NCBI GenBank assembly: GCA_001773455.1
Contig: MEWR01000023.1
Span: 50,485 to 96,838 of the forward strand
Length of the DNA: 46,354 nt
Source: Candidatus Abawacabacteria bacterium RBG_16_42_10
GTDB lineage: Bacteria; Patescibacteriota; Gracilibacteria; RBG-16-42-10
Direction of reading: 5' to 3'
Shown here: piece after piece, positions 33,587 to 42,425 of the stretch
Position numbering within the stretch: position 1 is the stretch's first letter
Layout of the letters: each line of letters begins with the position of its first letter
The notes under the pieces: model-generated
What the model saw: only the letters and a program-made list of their open reading frames with translations
Database searches by the model: none
Told to the model about the DNA's origin: nothing
Made by a program: the position numbers and the translations under genes

Positions 33587-35332
33587 CTATCTTCCCCCTG
33601 AATGTGAGCGGGAGCTAAATCGTGAATTTCTATCGCGGAATTTTTTCTGTGGACGAGCTGAGGCATTTCCCCAAGATCTTTCTCCGCCTTCTTTGCGGTC
33701 GCTGAATGAACGTTTAGCGGGTCCTCGAGAAGACCAAGATCTTTCACCACTTGGTTTACGGTCGCCGAAAGGGCGTTTAGCTGGGCCTCTGTCTGCCCAA
33801 GGTCTTTCACTGCTGCCTTCTTTGCGTTCGCCATAAGGACGTTTTGGTCCTTGAGATGACCAAGGTCTTTTGTTTCCTTCTGGACGACTACCAAATGGAC
33901 GTTTGGTTCTTCCTGTTGGGTGATCTGACCATTGCTTTCGTGGTTGTTCTCCTTCATTTGCAAACATTGTTTTCTCCTTTTCAGTCATAGCTGACTCGGG
34001 CATGTATTTATCTTCATGACTTTTAAATGAACTTTTCTCATGATAGGGTCGATGCTCGGATGTACGTTCAGATGAATACCCGGACGATCGATGAGAGCTG
34101 CCTCCGCGACTAAATGGTCGCTTTCCTCCAAAGTTTCTTCCACCTCTACTGCCGCTACCGCTATCGTCTCTTTCATAAGAAGATTTTTTATCTGATAAAC
34201 GCAATTCAGGTAATTCCTCTTTTACTGTTGCTGTAGGCAATGGTTTTCTAGTTAGTCTTTCGATGCGACGAACGAGCTGGATTTGATTAGGCATGGCAAA
34301 AGAAATCGCTTTACCTTTTAGACCAGCACGGCCAGTACGACCTATACGATGAACATAATCTTCGGGATTTTCCGGAAGATCATAATTGACCACTAATTCA
34401 ATATTACTGACATCGATACCGCGAGCGGCAATGTCTGTAGCAACGAGTATGCGGTAACGTCCAGAACGAAATCCATCCATCGCTTGTTTTCTTTGTGATT
34501 GAGAACGATTTGAATGCAGCTCGGCTGCTGAATGACCGAGATCTTTTATGAAAGAAGCGACTCTCTTGGCACCGTGTTTTGTTCTGGTGAAAATGAGTAC
34601 TGTTTCTTGATATTCAGCTAATAATTTTTCTAGCAGTTGTGACTTGGCGAAATTTTTGATAATGAAGAGTTCTTGTGTCGTTTGACTAGCTAATGTGCCT
34701 TGGGGTGCAATCTCAATACGAATAGGCAGTTTCATATGACGCTTCATGATATGCGCGATTTCTGGTGGCATAGTTGCTGAGAACACCATAGTCTGGCGCT
34801 CTGTAGGTAGAGCTCGTAAAACCTTTTCAATTTGAGGAGCAAAACCCATATCAAACATACGATCAGCTTCATCGAGCACCAACATATTCACTTGTTGTAG
34901 AGACAAAGTTCTTTGTTCTAGATGATCAAGCAAGCGTCCGGGAGTAGCAACAATGATATGAGGATGTCCAGAAAGTTGTTTCCTTTGGAAACCAAAAGGT
35001 GCACCGCCGATGAGAACTGCCACTCGCACACTTAAATTAAATGAGACTTCTTTTAAAACATTTTCAATTTGCAGTGCCAATTCACGAGTAGGTACGACAA
35101 TGAGTGCTTGGCGCAGTTTTTTCTGACCGATATTCTCGATCATTGGTAAACCAAAGGCCAAGGTTTTACCCGTGCCGGTTTGGGCAATACCAATAATATC
35201 CTTGCCCTCTAATGCAGCAGGAATACATTGGGCTTGAATTGGTGTCGGTGTGATTAAATTACGTTTCTGTAAATTAGCTTTCAGCCCATGTGAAAGAGCT
35301 AACTCAGCGAAACTAGGAACAGTGGTGTTCAT
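33587..35332 (-). CDS. DEAD-box ATP-dependent RNA helicase with a repetitive basic C-terminal tail
   Basis: Q-motif TPIQ, AQTGTGKT, VLDEADRMFDMGF, SAT, HRIGRTGRAG. The tail holds about 20-aa repeats (RPFGSRPEGNKRPWSSQGPKRPYGERKEGSSERPWADRGPAKRPFGDRKPSGERSWSSRGPAKRSF). Start taken at MNTTVPSF. Confidence 0.9.
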   Translation of the reverse strand: MNTTVPSFAELALSHGLKANLQKRNLITPTPIQAQCIPAALEGKDIIGIAQTGTGKTLAFGLPMIENIGQKKLRQALIVVPTRELALQIENVLKEVSFNLSVRVAVLIGGAPFGFQRKQLSGHPHIIVATPGRLLDHLEQRTLSLQQVNMLVLDEADRMFDMGFAPQIEKVLRALPTERQTMVFSATMPPEIAHIMKRHMKLPIRIEIAPQGTLASQTTQELFIIKNFAKSQLLEKLLAEYQETVLIFTRTKHGAKRVASFIKDLGHSAAELHSNRSQSQRKQAMDGFRSGRYRILVATDIAARGIDVSNIELVVNYDLPENPEDYVHRIGRTGRAGLKGKAISFAMPNQIQLVRRIERLTRKPLPTATVKEELPELRLSDKKSSYERDDSGSGSRGGRNFGGKRPFSRGGSSHRSSGYSSERTSEHRPYHEKSSFKSHEDKYMPESAMTEKEKTMFANEGEQPRKQWSDHPTGRTKRPFGSRPEGNKRPWSSQGPKRPYGERKEGSSERPWADRGPAKRPFGDRKPSGERSWSSRGPAKRSFSDRKEGGERSWGNASARPQKKFRDRNSRFSSRSHSGGR

Positions 35333-35460
35333 AAAAAGAAAAAAAGGGTTATAAAATGTACAAGTTCCAACAATCATGGAAATGTACGCCCTTTTCCTCC
35401 ATTGTCGAGTATTGCACTGGCAGCTACTCTACACTGTTTCTATGGAATTGACAAGTTTTT

Positions 35461-36243
35461 TTATTGGTTTGTAATTAGTAATAGTACTATTACACCTATA
35501 GCTATTCGATAAACAGCAAATACATTGAGAGAGTGCTTCTTTAAGTAGGTGAGCAAGAAATGAATGGAAAGTAAACCAACGACAAAGGATAAAAGTGTGC
35601 CGACAGTTAATTCTAGACCTACTCCCTGAGGCAAACCATCTTTCATAATGTCGGCCAACTTTTTAATTCCAGAAATGGTGATAATCGGAATCGACAAATA
35701 AAATGAGAATCGTGCCGCAGTTTCCCGAGAAAACCCTTGGGTCATGCTAGCCATGATCGTAGCCCCTGAACGAGAGAAACCCGGAATGAATGCTAGGCAT
35801 TGAGCTATACCTACCCATAAACCTTGTTTGACGCTGATTTTGCCTACTTCTTGTTTCCCTCTAGCGAAATATTTTTCTGTACCAATGAAAAGCAATGCTC
35901 CGATAATAAGTACCCAAGCAACAATTACAGGGGAACGTAAATACCTATCAATATATTCTTCAGCGAGTACACCAACAATAAGTGCTGGCACCGTTCCCAG
36001 TAAAATCGCCCAAGCTAAGGTTCTTTTCCTGTGAACAAAATCTTTCAGCAATTGCCAAAGTTCTGGCGCAAAATAAATGTATACAGCGACAATAGTGCCT
36101 AATTGTAAAATAGCATCAACAGCTAGGGGATAAGGCGTAGTGAGGTTAAAAAAATATCTCGCCAAAATTAAATGTCCTGATGAAGATATAGGGAGAAACT
36201 CAGTGAGTCCCTGGAGAATACCGAGAAGAATGAAGTTGAACAT
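35461..36243 (-). CDS. uppP: Undecaprenyl-diphosphate phosphatase
   Basis: LQGLTEFLPISSSGHL, PGFSRSGATI motifs, 7-8 TM helices. Confidence 0.9.
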   Translation of the reverse strand: MFNFILLGILQGLTEFLPISSSGHLILARYFFNLTTPYPLAVDAILQLGTIVAVYIYFAPELWQLLKDFVHRKRTLAWAILLGTVPALIVGVLAEEYIDRYLRSPVIVAWVLIIGALLFIGTEKYFARGKQEVGKISVKQGLWVGIAQCLAFIPGFSRSGATIMASMTQGFSRETAARFSFYLSIPIITISGIKKLADIMKDGLPQGVGLELTVGTLLSFVVGLLSIHFLLTYLKKHSLNVFAVYRIAIGVIVLLLITNQ

Positions 36244-36339
36244 GAGGAGGTTTTCTGAATCAGGTTTATCTTAACGTTAATTCTTATAATGTGAAGCTTT
36301 GAATTATAAAGAAAGTTCATTATATTGTGTTTGCTCTTC

Positions 36340-36415
36340 GGGCCCATAGCTCAGTGGTTAGAGCAGCTCGCTCATAACGAGTTGGTCCCTGGTTCAAGTC
36401 CAGGTGGGCCCACCA
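36340..36415 (+). tRNA. tRNA with anticodon CAT (elongator Met, or Ile2 if lysidine-modified)
   Basis: GGGCCCA-TA-GCTC-AGTGGTTA-GAGC-A-GCTCG-CTCATAA-CGAGT-TGGTC-CCTGG-TTCAAGT-CCAGG-TGGGCCC-ACCA. Confidence 0.85.
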
Positions 36416-36444
36416 TGTACCATTCGCTTCGCTCAGGTACATGG
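36413..36444 (+). other. 9-bp stem hairpin starting inside the CCA end of the tRNA
   Basis: CCATGTACC-N14-GGTACATGG. Confidence 0.5.
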
Positions 36445-36492
36445 CAGGCCATTCGTCGCGATTGCAAGGAGCATTTTAAATAACAAGACATT

Positions 36493-37002
36493 ATGAATGT
36501 AATGCTCTACATGGCAATAAGTGCGAATGGCATAATTGCTAAAAATGATGATGATACTGGTTGGATTTCTAAAGAGGAATGGAATAGTTATAGCGCAGCA
36601 GTACGAGCAGCTGGTTGTCTTATCGTGGGTCGGAGAACTTATAATATCCTTACCAAACAACCGGAATTTTCGGAGTTGAAGGATGTCAAACTGGTTGTTG
36701 TTTCTCACGAGGACTTTAAAACATTGGCCCCTAATCATCTTGTCGCGCATTCACCGAAGGACGCTCTAGCACTATTGAAAGATTTTAAAGAAGTCATTGT
36801 AGCAGGTGGTGGTATACTCAATGCTTCTTTTCTGGCTGAGAATTTAGTTGATGAAATATATTTGGATGTTGAACCAATAGTGCTTGGGGATGGAATCCCT
36901 GTTTTCAAGAATAAAGATTTCGAAAGAAAGCTAAAATTCATTGGATATAAGCAAATAACAGAGAATGAGATCCAGCTCCATTACCGGGTTATTAGAGACT
37001 GA
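36493..37002 (+). CDS. Dihydrofolate-reductase-family protein (RibD C-terminal-like)
   Basis: MLYMAISANGIIAK...LIVGRRTYNIL...VAGGGILNASFL...DEIYLDVEPIVLGDGIPVF. Confidence 0.7.
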   Translation: MNVMLYMAISANGIIAKNDDDTGWISKEEWNSYSAAVRAAGCLIVGRRTYNILTKQPEFSELKDVKLVVVSHEDFKTLAPNHLVAHSPKDALALLKDFKEVIVAGGGILNASFLAENLVDEIYLDVEPIVLGDGIPVFKNKDFERKLKFIGYKQITENEIQLHYRVIRD

Positions 37003-37042
37003 TTCGTGATCCATCGAATTTGATTGGTTTATGAACTGGCAA

Positions 37043-37062
37043 AGGGGTCGATTTCGACCCTT
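37043..37062 (+). terminator. Hairpin after the DHFR-family gene
   Basis: GGGTCGA-TT-TCGACCC. No clear T-run follows. Confidence 0.35.
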
Positions 37063-37077
37063 ACACCTTGATCTTGA

Positions 37078-37116
37078 TATAGTTAATAGATATACTGTAG
37101 ATAGTTAATAACTATA
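37078..37116. promoter_or_regulatory. Repeat/palindrome cluster directly upstream of the antitoxin gene; candidate TA operator
   Basis: Direct repeat ATAGTTAATA at 37079-37088 and 37101-37110. Inverted pair TATAGTTA (37078-37085) and TAACTATA (37109-37116). Confidence 0.4.
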
Positions 37117-37120
37117 CTTT

Positions 37121-37360
37121 ATGACAACTCAAGTTTCCTTTACTACGGATCAAGACCTTAAGAACAAGGCTTTGGAAAAGGCAAAAAATGAAGGAATAAC
37201 TCTCAAAACTCTTCTAACCTATGCTATGAAAGGTTTTGTAGAGGGAAAAATTTCTCTGGGGATTGAATTTGCTGAGCATGAACCGGAGGTTGAAGAAATA
37301 ACTTTCACTGATAAAGGAATTAATGAAAAGGCAAAAAAATTAGCTGCATTGCTCAAGTAA
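37121..37360 (+). CDS. RelB/DinJ-like antitoxin
   Basis: 79 aa. VSFTTDQDLKNKALEKAKNEGITLKTLLTYAMKGFV has the RelB/DinJ N-terminal pattern. Stops 1 nt before the next ORF. Confidence 0.6.
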   Translation: MTTQVSFTTDQDLKNKALEKAKNEGITLKTLLTYAMKGFVEGKISLGIEFAEHEPEVEEITFTDKGINEKAKKLAALLK

Positions 37361-37361
37361 C

Positions 37362-37733
37362 ATGGTAGTTTTGACCAAGTATATTGCCAGACATGAGCTC
37401 GAGCCATTGAAGCGTCTGGTAAATATCGATGATATTCTTGATGGTGCCAATAAGGTCATAAAAGGACTGGCAGTTGAGACCAAAGCTCCCCGGGACCTTA
37501 GAGGATGTCGTTTTTTTAAAGTGCGTATTGGTAAAAGGAACAATGCCCGTATGATGGTCTTTGTTATCACTGAAAATAAAAAAGTTGTTCCAGTGTTAAT
37601 TCGTCTCAAGAAGGATAAGGTGTTCGGAGTGAATATGGCGATGAATAATCCGATAGTAATTGAACAAATGAATAAAAATTTAAACCACATACTTGATGAT
37701 CTGAAAAAGAAGCAATATCAGGAATTTTCTTAA
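37362..37733 (+). CDS. RelE/ParE-superfamily toxin-like protein
   Basis: 123 aa. FFKVRIGKRNNARMMVFVITENKKVVPVLIRLKKDK resembles the K-x-R...R-h-h-h...K-K core of RelE/HigB-type toxins. Gene order is antitoxin then toxin. Confidence 0.55.
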   Translation: MVVLTKYIARHELEPLKRLVNIDDILDGANKVIKGLAVETKAPRDLRGCRFFKVRIGKRNNARMMVFVITENKKVVPVLIRLKKDKVFGVNMAMNNPIVIEQMNKNLNHILDDLKKKQYQEFS

Positions 37734-37742
37734 ATTATCTGT

Positions 37743-38273
37743 ATGCTGAAAAAATGGCGGAAGCGAACTCATAATGAACTAGCCAGAGAGGCGAGTAAGA
37801 GAACAGCCAAATTCCCTGTGGTTGTGTTTCTGCATAATATTCGCAGCCAATACAATGTCGGTGCTATTTTGCGTACTGCTGATGCTGTAGGTGTAGAGAA
37901 AGTGATATTAAGTGGCTATACGCCAACACCCGAACAAAAAGGTGTAAAAAAAACTGCTTTGCGTGGACTAGTTCATAAACGTTGGGAATTTGCAGATGAC
38001 TCGATCAAATCGTTACAGAAATATAAGAAAGCTGGCTATCAGATCGTTGGTTTGGAGCAATGTCATGAAAGTAACGATTTTCAAAAAGCAAAATATACTT
38101 TTCCTGTTGTGTTAGTCTTGGGCGAAGAGGTAGAAGGGATTCACAATGATATTTTGCGCTACTGCGATCAGGTGATTGAGATTCCGATGTTTGGGGCAGC
38201 GCATTCACTGAATGTTTCTGTGGCTGCAGGTATTGTTCTTTATGATTTGCTGGCTAAATTCAAGCAATTCTAA
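37743..38273 (+). CDS. TrmH/SpoU-family RNA 2'-O-methyltransferase
   Basis: RSQYNVGAILRTADAVGV, VLGEEVEGI, IPMFGAAHSLNVSVAAGIVLYDL. Confidence 0.8.
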   Translation: MLKKWRKRTHNELAREASKRTAKFPVVVFLHNIRSQYNVGAILRTADAVGVEKVILSGYTPTPEQKGVKKTALRGLVHKRWEFADDSIKSLQKYKKAGYQIVGLEQCHESNDFQKAKYTFPVVLVLGEEVEGIHNDILRYCDQVIEIPMFGAAHSLNVSVAAGIVLYDLLAKFKQF

Positions 38274-38395
38274 AAATTCTAAAATCAGTCAAAACTCGGG
38301 TTTATAATGAAGCTCTTCAAGTGTTGTGTTGGGTTTTATTGTTAATTGCCCCAATGGGGTCCCTTCGGGATTAATTTTCAATTGATAATTATTCT

Positions 38396-39463
38396 ATGTC
38401 CGGTCTTTGGTATTTCTTTTGTGCGCAAGTTTATTTTTCTGAACATTTAGTATTCTTACGACAACGGTTTTCTTCCTATGATGAGCTGTGGGAAAAGCTG
38501 ACGCAGGCTGAATGGTGCACGAATCATAAATATTCAAAAAGCTGGCATCGAATACTTCATGTTCGTTCAAAACAAAAAGAGTATCAAGCATTGCTGCAAA
38601 GACACCAAGATCAGGGGATAGTCGTCATAGATATTGAGAATGATCTCTATCCGCCATTACTCAAAGAAATTTATCATGCACCGCTGATGATTTGTGCGCT
38701 AGGAAATAGAAATATTCTGCAAAATACTTGCGTTGCGATAGTAGGTACGAGAAAAGCTACCGAGTATGGGTTGGCAATTACTGACGAAATTGTTCGTATC
38801 TTGGCATCACACAAAATCACTCTCATTTCCGGTATGGCGTATGGCATCGATAGCCAAGTTCACATGTCCGCGGAGAAATATAATGCATCAAGTGTGGCTG
38901 TGGTCCCTGCGAGTTTATTAGATAGCAATTTGGGCGGAAATAACCGGCTGCGGAAATCTCTTTCCCCTGATCAACATCTTATTGTCAGTGAAAACACTCG
39001 CATCGGTGACTTGCAAAAATTTCACTTTGTGCAGAGAAATCGTATCATTGCGGGCTTAAGCAAATGGACCATTGTCGTCGAAGCGCCAGAGAAATCAGGA
39101 GCTTTGATCACTGCTGCATTTGCACGCGATGAAAATCGTGAAGTGTTTGTTGTCCCTCATTCATTAAACAATATCCAAGGTAGAGGCTGTCTCTGTTTGA
39201 TTCGCGATGGCGCTCAGATAATCACTGACGTCGATGAATTGCCTGGTCTTCTTGGGTTAACACCAAATAAAGTTACGAAACTTCCACTTCACTATCAGTA
39301 TGATTCGGAAATGGAGAAATTAGTCCATGAAAAAATCCAAGCCGGTAAGAATCTGGATGATATCTGTCAGGAATTACAGATTTCTTCGACAGATTTGTTA
39401 GTAGTCATTACTGATCTCACGTTCAAAAAGTATATTACGAGCACGACGGAGGGAGTATATTAG
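38396..39463 (+). CDS. dprA: DNA processing protein DprA (Smf)
   Basis: VGTRKATEYGLAITDEIVRILASHKITLISGMAYGIDSQVH and EAPEKSGALITAAFARDENREVFVVP. Confidence 0.85.
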   Translation: MSGLWYFFCAQVYFSEHLVFLRQRFSSYDELWEKLTQAEWCTNHKYSKSWHRILHVRSKQKEYQALLQRHQDQGIVVIDIENDLYPPLLKEIYHAPLMICALGNRNILQNTCVAIVGTRKATEYGLAITDEIVRILASHKITLISGMAYGIDSQVHMSAEKYNASSVAVVPASLLDSNLGGNNRLRKSLSPDQHLIVSENTRIGDLQKFHFVQRNRIIAGLSKWTIVVEAPEKSGALITAAFARDENREVFVVPHSLNNIQGRGCLCLIRDGAQIITDVDELPGLLGLTPNKVTKLPLHYQYDSEMEKLVHEKIQAGKNLDDICQELQISSTDLLVVITDLTFKKYITSTTEGVY

Positions 39464-40212
39464 TTCCTTTTAGTGATGCTCTCCCTTATTCTTATGAGAC
39501 TCTTATTAACCCTTTCATCACCCCTCTTAATATCCACTGCGGTAAGTGCACCGATGAGCATGTCACGAACATATTGGTAGGTCTCAGAAGTGAGTTCTTG
39601 GTAAATGCTTTCTATTTCTGCCTTGGCAAAATCAAAAGCCATTTGGCCAGCTTTTAACAAAGCTACAATTTCTTCACGTACCAGATTCTGATGTATACCG
39701 TGGCGCTGTATCAGTTTGTCACGAAAAGTCTTTTCTTTATCGTCCTCGCATAAAGGTTCCTCATCATCTCTTAACACATGGGCGAGGATATCCTGTGTTT
39801 CATCTGGCAGATTTTGACTATCGAATGGTTTGTTTTTTGGATCTTTCAAGTAACCAATTACAACATCCAAGTCTTCTTCGTCATAGTAATAAGTTGATTC
39901 GTAAAGTTCACCATACATCTCAGCGTCAAATGAGGCTAAATCTTCAACAAGTTTGTCTACTTTTATTTTACTTTTACTCAAAATCTCATATTCCTCTTTC
40001 GTTAATGGAAAGTCCATTTCATTTGGAATGCGTAGTACGTCAAAAATCAACACTTCATTGACCTCTACCCATTGATCGTTTTTCCGAGCAAACAAGAGGA
40101 GAATCTGTGGAGACTCTTTATCAATTTCAATCGCATAATTGTGTCCCTCGAGTCTCTGGCCTTTCACTTGCTCTAGGCTCCATTCTGGTTTTGTAGCATC
40201 TAAAGAGTCCAT
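39460..40212 (-). CDS. Acidic hypothetical protein, paralog A
   Basis: Shares blocks with 40225-41103: PEWSLEQVKGQRLEGHNYAIEID, DLDVVIGYLKDPKNKPF, LVREEIVALLKAGQMAFDFAK. Confidence 0.6.
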   Translation of the reverse strand: MDSLDATKPEWSLEQVKGQRLEGHNYAIEIDKESPQILLLFARKNDQWVEVNEVLIFDVLRIPNEMDFPLTKEEYEILSKSKIKVDKLVEDLASFDAEMYGELYESTYYYDEEDLDVVIGYLKDPKNKPFDSQNLPDETQDILAHVLRDDEEPLCEDDKEKTFRDKLIQRHGIHQNLVREEIVALLKAGQMAFDFAKAEIESIYQELTSETYQYVRDMLIGALTAVDIKRGDERVNKSLIRIRESITKRN

Positions 40213-40224
40213 GTCATATAAGAG

Positions 40225-41103
40225 TCAAAACAGTGTGCAAATATGTGCCCATTGTTCTTCTGGTGTAAGTTTTGCAAATGCCAAATCAAGAAGTTCTTTG
40301 CGTAAGGTTCTTTCTAGATGTGGACATCCTTTGTAAAAGTCAAAAACTAATTGTCCCGCTTGTTCCAGTTCTTCGCGTACTAGTCTTCTGTGGAGTTGGT
40401 AACGATTTGCCAATTTTCTCTGTTCAAAGGTTTGTTCTTCGATTCTTTTCAATCTATCGGTGACTCTCTCTATATCTGAATCGATCCTATCCAAAACGCG
40501 GTCCGAGAGAAATCCGGCATTTTTAGGAAAAAGTTTATCCCGTAATTGCTGACGAAATTTCTCATTTTCAATTTTGATATTGGGATTTTCCATCATATCC
40601 AATTTGTCTTCCAAAATTTCCCACTGAGCATCATTAAGGGCTTCGCCCTCAAATGGCGCATTTTCTGGATTTCGTAAATAAGCAATGACAACATCTACAT
40701 CCTGTTCCATTGCAGTGGGGAATCCAGTTAGTAGGGCATCATCGAATGAGTCAGGATCAATGTTGGGAATATCTGCTTCTAACATCTCAAGCATTAACTT
40801 TTCAACGAATGTGTCTACGCGTTTTTTTTCTACACATAAATTGTCATAATCTTCTTTTGATAAGGAAACACTGACACAATCACCAGGGGCACGTACACCA
40901 TCGTTGTCATATTTGTAATGATATTCATCATATATATCATCGAGACGTGCCCACTGACCATCTTTTTTCTTCATGAGTAACGTGCCCAAATGAGGGTTAA
41001 CGCTGTCAATTTCTATAGCATATTGGTTGCCATACAAAGTACTTCCTTTTACTTGATCCAAATTCCAAGGTTGTTCTTCAGCTAGTTTCTCCAAAGTGGC
41101 CAT
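40225..41103 (-). CDS. Acidic hypothetical protein, paralog B
   Basis: QPWNLDQVKGSTLYGNQYAIEID, DVDVVIAYLRNPENAPF, LVREELEQAGQLVFDFYK. Start chosen at MATLEK by alignment with paralog A. The ORF could extend to 41160. Confidence 0.6.
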   Translation of the reverse strand: MATLEKLAEEQPWNLDQVKGSTLYGNQYAIEIDSVNPHLGTLLMKKKDGQWARLDDIYDEYHYKYDNDGVRAPGDCVSVSLSKEDYDNLCVEKKRVDTFVEKLMLEMLEADIPNIDPDSFDDALLTGFPTAMEQDVDVVIAYLRNPENAPFEGEALNDAQWEILEDKLDMMENPNIKIENEKFRQQLRDKLFPKNAGFLSDRVLDRIDSDIERVTDRLKRIEEQTFEQRKLANRYQLHRRLVREELEQAGQLVFDFYKGCPHLERTLRKELLDLAFAKLTPEEQWAHICTLF

Positions 41104-41262
41104 AAAAAGTATTGTGAAGGCACTATCATAGCATTTCCAGCCCTTTGCCTCCATTTGCACTACAGAGTGATCCTAAAGTTCAACCAAAAATAAAAATTAT
41201 GAAATTTTTCATTCTAGCAAGTTGTTATCTGTTACATTAATCAAATCAGATAATAAAACAGC

Positions 41263-41749
41263 ATGAAATCAAATTATGCTTTTATAGATAATCAGAACTT
41301 ATACTGTTCCTGTCGCGATCAGGGATGGAAGATCGATTATCCCTGCTTAAAGCGATGGCTAAAGGACAAATACAAGGTGACCAAAGCTTTTATGTTTATC
41401 GGTTATATTGAAAATAATGAAGCCTTGTATGAACACATGAGACGATCTGGCTTTACAGTAGTATTTCGCCCAACCTATACAGTATAGAGATCAATCTACC
41501 AAAGGTAATTGCGATGCTGAATTAGTAATGCAGATAATGTTGGAAATAAATAACTTTGATCAGGCGGTAATAGTGAGTGGGGATGGTGATTTTTACTCTC
41601 TTTATCAACATCTCATTAAAATAAACAAACTGAGACGATTGCTGATTCCCAATCAAAATAAATTTTCAGCTCTACTTCGAGTATTCATGTCATACATAAC
41701 GTTTCTTAGTGAACCTTACATACGAGACAAAATAAAAAAGAGGCATTAA
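41263..41749 (+). pseudogene. NYN/LabA-like nuclease-domain gene interrupted by a +1 frame change near 41475-41490
   Basis: Frame 1 reads MKSNYAFIDNQNLY...GFTVVFRPTYTV*. The +1 frame continues YRDQSTKGNCDAELVMQIMLEINNFDQAVIVSGDGDFYSL, which is the conserved KG-x-D and SGDGDF core. Confidence 0.65.
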
Positions 41750-41832
41750 CGCGGGACGAAACCCTTTGTCTAGCCTCTCATGGTGACAGAATCATCATAT
41801 AAGAATTCTAAAAAAGACACAAGAGAATGAAT

Positions 41833-42291
41833 TTACTCCCACTTTTCCCACTTAAACTTCTGTATAACGGTGCCTGTTTCATCAAACTGTACCGTTGCTT
41901 TTATCTTTTTTCCAGACAAAACAATTGGTATCCACATTTGATCTGCGGGCCACATGTCATGAAAAGGAACTTGATCGAGGGCAAACCACTGAGGCTTCAT
42001 TTCATCTGTTTCTACTGGTGTTCCTGACCATTCTTGAACCAGAAATACGTGACACTCGAAAAAATGATTGTCAGCCATGTAAAAATTGATGACTGCTGCT
42101 TCCTGGAGTTTTTCTTTTTCTATGATCACGCCAATTTCTTCGCGAACTTCACGAGTAGCTCCTTGTTTTATTTCTTCATTTTCGACTTTTCCCCCATAAC
42201 CATTCCACTTTCCCTGTCCGAAACCACGTTTCTTCATGGCCAATAATATTTCTTTTTCTTTGAGCAAAAAACATAAGGTGGAGATTTTCAT
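41833..42291 (-). CDS. Nudix hydrolase, MutT-like
   Basis: GKWNGYGGKVENEEIKQGATREVREEIGV. Confidence 0.75.
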   Translation of the reverse strand: MKISTLCFLLKEKEILLAMKKRGFGQGKWNGYGGKVENEEIKQGATREVREEIGVIIEKEKLQEAAVINFYMADNHFFECHVFLVQEWSGTPVETDEMKPQWFALDQVPFHDMWPADQMWIPIVLSGKKIKATVQFDETGTVIQKFKWEKWE

Positions 42292-42374
42292 GGGATTTTT
42301 TCTAAGGGCTTAGTATAAACTTTTTGTTTGTTTGACGCCACCCTCCCACCCTATACGTAAGCCTAGCAAAAGAA

Positions 42375-42405
42375 AAAATGAAAAAAATCTCCCAATTTAG
42401 GGAGA
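42375..42405 (-). terminator. Rho-independent terminator of 42426-43034
   Basis: Minus strand: TCTCCC-TAAATT-GGGAGA followed by TTTTTTTCATTTTTT. Confidence 0.6.
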
Positions 42406-42425
42406 ATTCCTATTGACTTTTGAAT

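Noticed and set aside
33577-33963. 128-aa ORF overlapping the helicase tail
   Set aside because: It is an alternative frame kept open by the ~60-nt tandem repeats. The helicase frame is continuous with the DEAD-box core.
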